This document shows positions 1 through 8,709 of a DNA stretch of 64,000 nt, piece by piece (the stretch's first letter is position 1; every line of letters starts with the position of its first letter). The translations under genes were made by a program, and so were the position numbers. The DNA is from Chloroflexota bacterium (lineage in GTDB: Bacteria; Chloroflexota; UBA11872; UBA12225). Where the stretch lies: contig SHXX01000003.1 of NCBI GenBank assembly GCA_009693165.1, positions 2,721-66,720 of the forward strand, in the 5' to 3' direction. Below the pieces are notes generated by a model, which saw nothing but the letters and a program-made list of their open reading frames with translations, did no database searches and was not told the origin of the DNA.

Positions 1-1021
1 GCACCGCAGATACCCTTGTCGCGACAACAGGCTTGGCCGCCGCCATCGCCTCGGCGAAGACCAGTCCGAACCCCTCCCAACGCGATGCCAACGCAAAGAG
101 GTCACAGGCCGCCATTAGGTCCGGAATGTCACGGCGCACCCCGGCGAAGTGGACGTACCCCTGCAGGTCAGGGGCCGATGCGCGGGCGCGGAGGTCGACG
201 ACATACTCAGGATCACCTTGTTGCGGCCCGCCAACGATCACCAGATGTGGCCTGACCCGGTCGCGACTGCCAATCACCCGGGCCATCGCATCCAGAAGAA
301 CCGGCCAACCCTTTTGCGGATCGAGACGCCCAACGGCGAGGACGAACGGGGCACCATCAGGCAGCTCGAGATCGCGACGCACCTCGGTGAGGCGTGTAGG
401 ACTGAGTGCGATTGGCCTTGCCAGATCTATCCCGTAATAGATCCGACGGATCCGCCTCGCAGGAACCCTGCCCACCGACACGACATAGCGTCCAACATGA
501 TCCGAACAGCAGATCACCGCGTCGTCTGCCCTCGACAGGAACCCGTGCAGGTGGGAAATCCATCGGCGCCTCAACGGCGCCTCATCGTTGTGCTTGCTTG
601 AGATGATTGCGAGGGGCCTCGCCTGCCGACGCCCGACCCGCGACAACCACCCGCACACCGCACCAAACGCATCCGCCTTTAGCAAGTGGGTGTGAAGGAC
701 GTCCGGCTTGGTTGCGGAAATTGCAGCCATCAACCTCCCAACCGTTGCGATAGCCGCCTCCATCGTGGGTTGTGCGCGCCCATCGCTACCAGAAAGCGGG
801 ATTGGGAATCCCACATGGGGCACGAAGTCCGCAACCATTTCGGCATCCTTGAGATAGGCGAGTTCGACGTGATGGCCAAGGGCCCGTTGTCCCTTGATCA
901 GTTCAAGGAGGTGTGCCTGCGCGCCACCCCGGGCCAGTGACGTGATGACGTGGAGAATTCGGAGCGGTTGTTCCGCACCCGGGTTGAACCCATCCGTACT
1001 GCCGTCGTCCCTTCCGGTCAC
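1..1021 (-). CDS. Glycosyltransferase family 4 (GT-B fold), partial; C-terminus lies beyond the window start
   Basis: Hand translation of the minus strand gives xLRILHVITSLARGGAQAHLLELIKGQRALGHHVELAYLKDAE...KPDVLHTHLLKADAFG...VICCSDHVGRYVVSVGRVPARRIRRIYYGIDL...EGFGLVFAEAM, a typical GT4 N-terminal Rossmann and HxH/EX7E-type pattern. The frame is open to position 1, so it is absent from the ORF track because it is truncated. The likely GTG start at 1021 lies 6 nt after the stop of the upstream epimerase gene, with a GGTAGGGAG RBS-like stretch. Confidence 0.6.
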   Translation of the reverse strand, partial: MTGRDDGSTDGFNPGAEQPLRILHVITSLARGGAQAHLLELIKGQRALGHHVELAYLKDAEMVADFVPHVGFPIPLSGSDGRAQPTMEAAIATVGRLMAAISATKPDVLHTHLLKADAFGAVCGWLSRVGRRQARPLAIISSKHNDEAPLRRRWISHLHGFLSRADDAVICCSDHVGRYVVSVGRVPARRIRRIYYGIDLARPIALSPTRLTEVRRDLELPDGAPFVLAVGRLDPQKGWPVLLDAMARVIGSRDRVRPHLVIVGGPQQGDPEYVVDLRARASAPDLQGYVHFAGVRRDIPDLMAACDLFALASRWEGFGLVFAEAMAAAKPVVATRVSAV

Positions 1022-1027
1022 GTCTCC

Positions 1028-1906
1028 CTACCTTGGCGTGTCAAGGGCGTCGGCAACGACCGCGGCGACCCCGTCTCGGAACGGGACAAGTGGTCTCTTC
1101 CCGAACCGTTTGCGTAGGCGCGCGGTGTCTCCGACGGTATCACCGCCACTTGATCCCGGCACTTCCTCAAAGACGGGCACACGGCCGGCGACCTCGCCAA
1201 TGATCGTCGCCATGTCACGGATTGACAGTACCTCATCCCCTGCGAGGTTGACGGTGTGGTTGCCTGTCAATCCAAGCGACGCGATGAAGACCTCGACCAC
1301 ATCACCAATCCAGACCGGATTGATCCGCGGGCGCCCACCCTCTCGGAGGGATACGGCATCGCCCCGCAGGACACGCCCCACCAGGCCAGGAACCAGACGC
1401 GCACGTTGGCCCACACCATACGGACCGAAAAGTCGGAGTATGACGGTGGACATGTGCGGCGCGAACGCGCCAACAATCCGCTCCGCAGCAACCTTGGTCG
1501 CCGCATACGCTCCCCCGCCAACGACCGGGTCGTCCTCATGCCACGGGCGTTCCCCCGGTTCGTAGACCGATCCGGTCGACGCGAACACGAACGACGTCGC
1601 ACCCGCGTGACGCGCCCAATCAAGCAGGCGGGCGGTGCTTCCCGCGTTCACTTCCCAGAGATCTGCAAAGCCGTCAGGAAAGCCGACATTCGCTTGGGCA
1701 AGGTGGATCACTGCATCGATCCGCGTCGGCAAATGCCCGGCAAGGTTGCGATCACGAAGGTCGACGACGACCCGCGACGCAGCGGGATATTTGGCCAGAC
1801 GGCTCTCATGATGCCCGCACGCAATCACATCGTGGCCGGAGTTGAGCAACGCCGGTATCAGATGGGATGCAACGAAACCAGTCGCGCCGGTGACGAGAAC
1901 CTTCAT
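1028..1906 (-). CDS. NAD-dependent epimerase/dehydratase (extended SDR) family protein, sugar-nucleotide modifying
   Basis: ORF 1028..1948. MKVLVTGATGFVASHL Rossmann motif and YAATK catalytic motif. The likely true start is the ATG at 1906 (MKVLVTG), since the ORF track begins at an upstream TTG. Confidence 0.8.
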   Translation of the reverse strand: MKVLVTGATGFVASHLIPALLNSGHDVIACGHHESRLAKYPAASRVVVDLRDRNLAGHLPTRIDAVIHLAQANVGFPDGFADLWEVNAGSTARLLDWARHAGATSFVFASTGSVYEPGERPWHEDDPVVGGGAYAATKVAAERIVGAFAPHMSTVILRLFGPYGVGQRARLVPGLVGRVLRGDAVSLREGGRPRINPVWIGDVVEVFIASLGLTGNHTVNLAGDEVLSIRDMATIIGEVAGRVPVFEEVPGSSGGDTVGDTARLRKRFGKRPLVPFRDGVAAVVADALDTPR

Positions 1907-1949
1907 GGCGGACCCTTTCCAGTCGTCCGATATGTACGGAGGTGCCAAA

Positions 1950-2882
1950 CTATGAAGGCGCGTTGCCGAGATACTGTTCAGCCACGACCCGTCGCAGCCC
2001 CTCGATGAGGTTCATACCTGCGCGCCAGTCAAGCAGGCGGGATGCCTTCTCGCTCGAACCGACCCGCCGGATCATGGGGACTGACACATCCCGGTAGTCG
2101 GGCTTCAGATCCGATCCCGTCAGCTCGAGCAGGGTCAAGGTGACGTCCTTGACCGTGCGTTCCTCACCGCTCCCGACGTTGAATGCCTCGTCAGTGACGT
2201 CACTCGCCATTGCCCGAACCGTCGCGCCCGCAACATCACTAACGTAGACGAAGTCGAACGACTGAGACCCGTCACCGTTGATCTGTGGTGCCTGTCCCGT
2301 TGCGATCCGCTTGAGGACGGCATCGACGAGGCCGAACCCGGCATTCGGGCCGTAGACATTCATGTAGCGGAGCGCCACCCAGTTGATTCCGAACATTCCC
2401 CCGAAGGCGCGGAGGAATGCCTCACCGGCGATTTTCGAAGCACCGTAGATGTGACGAGAATTGAGAGGGTGTGCCTCATCCATTACCTCGAGAGTGTCAC
2501 CGTAGACCGATGACGCCGAGGAGAAGACGATCCTGTTCACGCCAGCATCTCTCGCTGCCTCGAATACATTGAATGTCCCATTGACGTTGACCTCGACACA
2601 GCGGCGCGGATCCTGTCCCGACGGGTTCAAAGCAAGCACGCCCATGTGGAAGACACCGTCAATAGCTTCACAGGCATGGCGGCAGTCGTCTGGAAGCGTG
2701 AGATTGCCACCAAACAGTTCCAGATGGTCCGTGTGGCCAGCTTGAGAGGCAACCACGTCACCGCGACCCGGCAACTCCATGACTCGGACGTGCGCACCGG
2801 CCGCAAGGAGGTCCCGCACGACGTAGCGACCGATGAACCCGCCGCCGCCGGTCACCAGGAACCGTTTACCTGCCAGTTGCAC
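1950..2882 (-). CDS. NAD-dependent epimerase/dehydratase (UDP-sugar 4-epimerase / UDP-glucuronate decarboxylase-like)
   Basis: ORF 1950..2957. KRFLVTGGGGFIGRYVV Rossmann motif and YGASKIAGE (YxxxK). The probable start is GTG 2882, preceded by GGAGG at a 7-nt spacing. The upstream 25 codons of the ORF are probably not translated. Confidence 0.75.
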   Translation of the reverse strand: MQLAGKRFLVTGGGGFIGRYVVRDLLAAGAHVRVMELPGRGDVVASQAGHTDHLELFGGNLTLPDDCRHACEAIDGVFHMGVLALNPSGQDPRRCVEVNVNGTFNVFEAARDAGVNRIVFSSASSVYGDTLEVMDEAHPLNSRHIYGASKIAGEAFLRAFGGMFGINWVALRYMNVYGPNAGFGLVDAVLKRIATGQAPQINGDGSQSFDFVYVSDVAGATVRAMASDVTDEAFNVGSGEERTVKDVTLTLLELTGSDLKPDYRDVSVPMIRRVGSSEKASRLLDWRAGMNLIEGLRRVVAEQYLGNAPS

Positions 2883-3054
2883 TCCCGCCTCCGATCGTAA
2901 GCGACCCACCGGCAAACTGTGTTGCCCGCGCCCAAACCGCCCGCCGGAGTGTAGCAACGGCTAGGCAACAGCCCAGATTGTGGGCGCCAGTCCTTCGCAC
3001 AAACCTCGGAAGGCCGACCCGTCGGGCCATGCCGGAAAGCCGACAACCAGTCCG

Positions 3055-4929
3055 ATGTGTGGCATTGCAGGCACCTACGACCAGTCGGGCCAGTCCAATG
3101 GGCGGGGCCCCGGCCAAATTCGCCAGACTTTGGTGGCGATGGGCACGCTGATTGCGCATCGCGGTCCCGATTCTGAGGGGTATCTCATCGACGGCCCGGT
3201 CGCGCTTGCGAACCGGCGCCTTGCGATCATCGACCTAAGCAGTGCCGGCCGGCAGCCATTGTTCAGCGAGGATGGCCGGATTGGGATTGTCTACAACGGC
3301 GAACTCTACAACTTCCAGTCTCTACGAGAGACGCTTGTGCAGCGGGGACACCGGTTCAGGTCCGCAACAGACACCGAGGTGATCATCCACGCCTACGAAG
3401 AGTACGGCGACGAGTGCGTCCAACACTTCAATGGCATATTCGTGTTCGCAATCTGGGATCGTCGGGTCGGCGATGGGCGCCTCTTTCTTGCACGTGACCG
3501 CTTCGGCATCAAACCCCTCTACTACACCTTCGTGGACGACGCTCTTGCCTTCGCATCGGAAGTCAAGGCATTCCTCGGGCTCCCAGGGTTCAGAGTTGCC
3601 CTCGACCTCGACGCGGTCACCGAATACCTCACGTTCCAGAACCTCTACAGCGACCGGACGCTATTCCAAGGTGTCCGCATGCTGGCCCCTGGATCGGTAA
3701 TGACGGTCTCGACCGGCCACCCACCACGCACTGCCAGATACTGGCAACCGACCTTCCACACTGGCGTGGACAAGGGTGAGACCTTCTACGTCAACGGTGT
3801 CCGTGAACGCTTCGAGGAGGCCGTGCGTCGCCAGCTGATGAGTGACGTGGCAGTGGGAAGCTACCTTTCCGGAGGCATGGACAGCGGTTCCATTACCGCA
3901 GTCGCCTCCCGCCAAATCCCTCACCTCCACACATTCACTGGGGGCTTCAACGTTCGCGGCCTTGGTGGTAGCGACGCCCTCACCGACGAACGAGCAGCCG
4001 CTGAGATGATGTCGCAGAAGATGGGGACGGAGCATTACACCGTCGTCGTTCAACCATCAGACGTGGAACGTCTCCTGCCTGAACTAGTCTGGCACCTAGA
4101 AGATCTCCGTCTTGCCTCGAGTTACCACAATTACGCCGTCGCGAGACTCGCAAGCCGGTTTGTCACGGTTGTCCTGGCCGGTGCCGGCGGTGACGAACTC
4201 TTCGCCGGGTACCCGTGGAGATATGCCCATGCCTCTGGATCTACCTCCCTAGACGACTTCGCGTCACGGTACGCCAAGTATTGGTCAATCCTTGTTACGG
4301 ACAAGGCCAAGCCTGACCTCTTCGTCGGCGACCTTGCGCGAACGTCAGCTAGGTTCAGCGCGATTGACGCAACCCGGGCCGTCATCAGTGATCTTCCGGC
4401 TACAGCCTCCCGCGATTCATTGCACCTGGCGATGACATTCGAGGCACGCACCTACCTGCCTGGACTGTTCGTGGTTGAAGACAAGGTTTCGATGGCACAT
4501 TCGCTGGAAAGTCGCGTTCCATTCCTCGACAACGACCTCGTCGACTTTGTCGCCACGATGCCATCCCACTACAAGCTGAGGGACGGCACCGGCAAGTGGA
4601 TACTTCGCCGTGCGATGGCAGGCCTGATCCCCGACGAAATCCTGACTGCGCGCAAGCAAGGTTTCGCCCCGCCAGAGGACACCTGGTTCCGGCGCGACCT
4701 GCAACCATATCTCAGGGAGATGCTTCTCGGAACCCGCGCGTCGTCACGAGGACTGTTCTCACGACCCGCAGTCCAAACGCTTCTCGACGAACATGCATCC
4801 GGCATGCGAAACCACAAGAAACTCCTTTGGTCGCTTGTTTCGCTGGAACAATGGCAGAGGACATTCCTCGACGGTGATCGCCCAGCATTCACTGGTGGAA
4901 GACGGCCCGGATCTGGAACTCAACGATGA
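3055..4929 (+). CDS. asnB: Asparagine synthase (glutamine-hydrolysing) family amidotransferase, AsnB-like
   Basis: ORF 2980..4929. The true start is MCGIAG at 3055 (class-II glutamine amidotransferase N-terminal Cys). SGGMDSGSITAV PP-loop motif. Its position in the glycan locus suggests a sugar amidotransferase role rather than housekeeping Asn synthesis. Confidence 0.85.
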   Translation: MCGIAGTYDQSGQSNGRGPGQIRQTLVAMGTLIAHRGPDSEGYLIDGPVALANRRLAIIDLSSAGRQPLFSEDGRIGIVYNGELYNFQSLRETLVQRGHRFRSATDTEVIIHAYEEYGDECVQHFNGIFVFAIWDRRVGDGRLFLARDRFGIKPLYYTFVDDALAFASEVKAFLGLPGFRVALDLDAVTEYLTFQNLYSDRTLFQGVRMLAPGSVMTVSTGHPPRTARYWQPTFHTGVDKGETFYVNGVRERFEEAVRRQLMSDVAVGSYLSGGMDSGSITAVASRQIPHLHTFTGGFNVRGLGGSDALTDERAAAEMMSQKMGTEHYTVVVQPSDVERLLPELVWHLEDLRLASSYHNYAVARLASRFVTVVLAGAGGDELFAGYPWRYAHASGSTSLDDFASRYAKYWSILVTDKAKPDLFVGDLARTSARFSAIDATRAVISDLPATASRDSLHLAMTFEARTYLPGLFVVEDKVSMAHSLESRVPFLDNDLVDFVATMPSHYKLRDGTGKWILRRAMAGLIPDEILTARKQGFAPPEDTWFRRDLQPYLREMLLGTRASSRGLFSRPAVQTLLDEHASGMRNHKKLLWSLVSLEQWQRTFLDGDRPAFTGGRRPGSGTQR

Positions 4930-6473
4930 AGACTGCCCATTCCGGAAACATCGCCAACAACGCGTACCTGATTGCCAAGTTCCTGCGTCGCCTCGGCGAG
5001 GATGCGCACGCATTCCACTTCCGACACGAATTCATCATGGGTCATCCCGAGTGGGAAGACGCGGACTTCGTCGGTGACCTCGAACCATTCAATCCACCCG
5101 ATTGGAACACCATCGAGTTCATGAACGGGTTCACGCGACCTGATTGGGTGCACTACCTGAGCGGACAAGTTGCCCCATATGTCCTGCCACCGAATGCACT
5201 TGCCGGTCCGGTGGCGAGGATGATGGCGGCAACATACGGTGACGCATCAGCTCCCGCTCCCAGTGGACTGATCGGCCACCTGCGTCGAACCATGGCAACT
5301 CTCGGGACGCGATACAGCGCACTGATGCGCCAAGGTCAACGAACGAAGGCCGAGGAAGTCGAAGTCCGCCTCCTCAATCTGATGAGGGGTGCACACCTGT
5401 GGATCACCGCGGTTCGGGTCGAAACGGGCCTTACGCTTACACCAGCGCTTCGAGCTGTAAAGGCCGAGATCCACCTGATTAACGCCGACTCGCGGATTAG
5501 CGCGACTGGTCGCAGGGTTGGGATACGCGAACTTCATCACGCGCCGAACTGGCCGTCATACAGATCCCTGTCGTTGGATCATCAACTCGTCCAATTCTAT
5601 GGACTTGAGGCGATCAAGGGCGTTTTGATTCCTCCAAAAATCCCATTCATTGCGTTCGAACACTCAACGATGCGCACATTGCCGTTTGAAAATACCGTCC
5701 AGGGTCGCCTTCTGAACCTTGCCTATCGGAGTGCCGATGCATGCGTCATCACGAATCCTGATGTCGTCTCGTCGGCACGACGCCTTGGGCTTAAGGACTA
5801 CCGTTTCATCCCTCATCCGATTGACGAGACAAAGTACGCACCGCCATCCGATGGCACCGAAACTGCGCTACGGCGCAAACTTCGACAAGCTACGGGCGCC
5901 GAACTGCTCTTCCTCTGCCCCACACGTCACGAGTGGAGTAACGCCTTCGATAGCAAGCGAAGCGACAGGGTGCTTCGTGCATTCGCTGCCTATATACGAA
6001 ATCCCGACCACCCGCGAGCGGCACTGATCCTGTGCCGTTGGGGTCGCGACGTCCGGGCGAGCGATGCGCTGATTGACGAGCTTGGGATCACGTCACAAGT
6101 CGTCTGGAAGGCGCCAATGCACAAGATCCGCCTGCGCGATCATTACCAGGCTTGTGATGTGGTCCTCGACCAGTTCCATGAAGCTGTTGGGACGTTCGGC
6201 ACCGTGACAGCTGAAGGTCTGAGTTGCGCGCTTCCCGTGATCATGTACTTCAATCCGGCGGTCCACGAGTGGTGCTTGCCGGAAATGCCACCAATCCAGA
6301 GTGCGCTGACCGAGGATGAAATTGCCGCCCGGCTTTCCGAGCTGGCCATGGACGCCCCACGACGACATGCGATTGGGCGCGCCTCACGTGATTGGATGAT
6401 CCGTTGGCACGGGTGGGAACGATGTGCGCGCGACCACCAACGACTCCACGCGGATGTTCTGTCACGCTACTGA
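4926..6473 (+). CDS. Glycosyltransferase, GT-B fold (GT4-like) with an atypical extended N-terminal region
   Basis: 515 aa. The C-terminal half carries LFLCPTRHEWSNAFDSKRSD...GTVTAEGLSCALPVIMY (EX7E-like motif). The ATG overlaps the asnB stop as ATGA, indicating translational coupling. Confidence 0.6.
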   Translation: MKTAHSGNIANNAYLIAKFLRRLGEDAHAFHFRHEFIMGHPEWEDADFVGDLEPFNPPDWNTIEFMNGFTRPDWVHYLSGQVAPYVLPPNALAGPVARMMAATYGDASAPAPSGLIGHLRRTMATLGTRYSALMRQGQRTKAEEVEVRLLNLMRGAHLWITAVRVETGLTLTPALRAVKAEIHLINADSRISATGRRVGIRELHHAPNWPSYRSLSLDHQLVQFYGLEAIKGVLIPPKIPFIAFEHSTMRTLPFENTVQGRLLNLAYRSADACVITNPDVVSSARRLGLKDYRFIPHPIDETKYAPPSDGTETALRRKLRQATGAELLFLCPTRHEWSNAFDSKRSDRVLRAFAAYIRNPDHPRAALILCRWGRDVRASDALIDELGITSQVVWKAPMHKIRLRDHYQACDVVLDQFHEAVGTFGTVTAEGLSCALPVIMYFNPAVHEWCLPEMPPIQSALTEDEIAARLSELAMDAPRRHAIGRASRDWMIRWHGWERCARDHQRLHADVLSRY

Positions 6474-7771
6474 GCCTGACCATCAAGCGAGTGGTGCCAC
6501 GCGACCGGATGTTCCACCGCGACGTCATACGGCCGACCTGATCGCGAGACGGTCAACTCGTAGAGGCGATCATGGAAGTCGAGCACGTCCTCCGCCCGTA
6601 CAACGCCATGGACATCGCGATAGATGTGCGGGGAAAACAGGTAGCGACCCTTTCCAAGAAGTAACGGACCGAGGTCCAACACCACTGTCCCTGAACCGTG
6701 CACCGGACCGATGGAAATTCCAGCCTCCCGATTGTCAAAGGTCGCTGCAACGACACCATCCTCACGCACTATGGTCACCACCAACGCGAGATCCCGGTCT
6801 TCTGTGTCGCCCTGGTATTCAAGGCGCAAGCGAACACGTTGGTGGCTGAAAACTGCAGTAAGCGGATGGTTCTCACCGTCGAGGACTTCGAATGAAGTAA
6901 TCCGCACCTCCCCCGTGCCCCAGCGGTGCGAGATTCTTGACAATGGAGCCAGGTCGACTGCCGTGGGATCAGCGTCCTCGAACCTGGACATCGCTGCCCG
7001 ATTGCGTGCCATCGCCTCATCCTGAGAAATAGACCGGAGCAGTGCCTCGTAATCTCGGCAAACCGTTGCGGGATCTCCGTCAGCAACGAGCCGGCCTTGA
7101 TCAATCCAGAGTGCCCGCTGGCAAAGGCGTTGCACCAGGTAGGTGTTGTGTGACACGAATACAACGGTTGCGCCACCAGCACAAATCTGTCGGATCCGTT
7201 CGAAGCACTTGGCAATGAATGCCCCGTCACCGGCTCCAAGTGCCTCATCGATGATCATGATCTCGGGATCAATGCACGAGGCAACCGAGAAACTCAGCCT
7301 GGCCTGCATCCCAAGGGAATACGTCTTGAAGGGCATATCCATGTATGGCCCAAGTTCGGCAAATTCGACGATCCCATCGTAACGCGCCTCAATCTCGGCG
7401 GTCGACATGCCAAGAACCGCGCCACCGAGATAGACATTTTCCCGACCAGACAACTCCGGATGGAAGCCACTGCCGAGTTCGAGAATTGCAGACATCCGCG
7501 CGCGGATCGTGATGTCCCCTGACGTCGGGGTTGAAATTCCCGTCAATAGTCGAAGCAGGGTTGACTTCCCCGCTCCGTTACGTCCGACAACACCCACGAT
7601 TTCCCCGACGCCAATTGAAAAGCTCACATCGCGAAGGCCCCAGTAGGGTTGATGTCTCGCGCGTCCAGTCACGAACTCGATGATGCGATCGATCGGTCGC
7701 GAATAGAGGCGATAGCGTTTGGAGACACCGTCCACGGTGATGACGGAGAGCGTCGCACCAGTCTTCGTCAT
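6467..7771 (-). CDS. wzt: Polysaccharide ABC exporter ATP-binding protein Wzt/TagH-like with a C-terminal glycan-binding (Wzt_C-like) domain
   Basis: Walker A GRNGAGKST, signature LSGMQARLSF and Walker B IMIIDEAL. An extra C-terminal domain of about 180 aa follows the NBD, resembling the beta-sandwich carbohydrate-binding domain of O-antigen Wzt proteins. It lies immediately downstream of the ABC-2 permease. Confidence 0.85.
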   Translation of the reverse strand: MTKTGATLSVITVDGVSKRYRLYSRPIDRIIEFVTGRARHQPYWGLRDVSFSIGVGEIVGVVGRNGAGKSTLLRLLTGISTPTSGDITIRARMSAILELGSGFHPELSGRENVYLGGAVLGMSTAEIEARYDGIVEFAELGPYMDMPFKTYSLGMQARLSFSVASCIDPEIMIIDEALGAGDGAFIAKCFERIRQICAGGATVVFVSHNTYLVQRLCQRALWIDQGRLVADGDPATVCRDYEALLRSISQDEAMARNRAAMSRFEDADPTAVDLAPLSRISHRWGTGEVRITSFEVLDGENHPLTAVFSHQRVRLRLEYQGDTEDRDLALVVTIVREDGVVAATFDNREAGISIGPVHGSGTVVLDLGPLLLGKGRYLFSPHIYRDVHGVVRAEDVLDFHDRLYELTVSRSGRPYDVAVEHPVAWHHSLDGQAQ

Positions 7772-8605
7772 CTAGAGGATGTCCGAAAGTTCCGAACGGA
7801 CCCGTTCGAACGTGATAAATCCGCCAACAAGCAGCACAAGCGAGAACCCCGCGAAGATTGCCAGCCCGACTAGGTCGGGTGCCGTACCCAGGAACGCAGC
7901 GCGGTATGCACCAAGCAACGGGGTCAGCGGGTTCAGGCCCACGACCCGGGCCACCAACAACGGAAGGTCATCGGTGCGATAGAAGATCGGAGTGAAAAAC
8001 ATCCCCGCGGTCAGGACAATCTGGAGAACTTCGCGAACGTCGCGGATCACGGCGCCAACCGCTCCCAGGAACCATGCCGTCCCAGCGAGAAACACCAACT
8101 GGGCGAAAGTGGCCGGAACCAGCCAGAGTAGCGACCACGATACTTCACCGTGAATGATCAACGAAAACGCCAGAGCGCCAATCAGCCCGGCCACCTGGGA
8201 GAGCATCGCGGCGTACATCCCAGTCAGCGGAAGAACCTGAAGTGGAAACATTGCGAATTTCACAAGATTGCGATGTTCCGCCATGGTCTGGGTCGCGCGG
8301 GTAGCAACTTCGGTGAAGGCGACCCACGGAAGTAATCCCGTAACCACATAGAGCGCGTACTCCGCGGGAGACGCGCCAGGGTTCAGGCGCGCGCGGAAAA
8401 GGAATGTGAACAGGAGCGTGTAGGCCCCGACAAACAGCAATGGAGTGATTGCTGCCCACCAGAGGCCGAGGGAGGCGCCAACATATCGCAGCCGCACATC
8501 CCGCAAAGCCATCCGGTGTAACAGTGCCCGATGCACCCAGACTCCGGCCATCCGGCGCCACATTGGTGCATCGCGGTCGAGGCCATCGACATATCGCCAG
8601 GTCAT
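7772..8605 (-). CDS. wzm: ABC-2 type polysaccharide/teichoic-acid exporter permease (Wzm/TagG-like)
   Basis: 277 aa with six predicted TM helices of typical ABC-2 topology. Its stop is directly adjacent to the wzt start. Confidence 0.8.
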   Translation of the reverse strand: MTWRYVDGLDRDAPMWRRMAGVWVHRALLHRMALRDVRLRYVGASLGLWWAAITPLLFVGAYTLLFTFLFRARLNPGASPAEYALYVVTGLLPWVAFTEVATRATQTMAEHRNLVKFAMFPLQVLPLTGMYAAMLSQVAGLIGALAFSLIIHGEVSWSLLWLVPATFAQLVFLAGTAWFLGAVGAVIRDVREVLQIVLTAGMFFTPIFYRTDDLPLLVARVVGLNPLTPLLGAYRAAFLGTAPDLVGLAIFAGFSLVLLVGGFITFERVRSELSDIL

Positions 8606-8709
8606 GTCCCTCCGTCACCTGCCGACGATCGCCGTCCTCTGGCGCTAGCCACAGTCCTGTAACGATTGACCGGGGGATGGGGCGAAATATTCCCGTTGGG
8701 CATGGATCA

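Noticed and set aside
540-720. Suspected frameshift/pseudogenisation in the window-edge GT4 gene
   Set aside because: On careful re-reading the minus-strand frame is continuous (…DAFGAVCGWLSRVGRRQARPLAIISSKHNDEAP…). The earlier impression came from a transcription slip. The gene is missing from the ORF track only because it runs off the window edge.
894-1565. 223-aa plus-strand ORF spanning the GT4/epimerase junction
   Set aside because: It is antisense to two conserved sugar-enzyme genes with recognisable motifs, and its composition is low-complexity.
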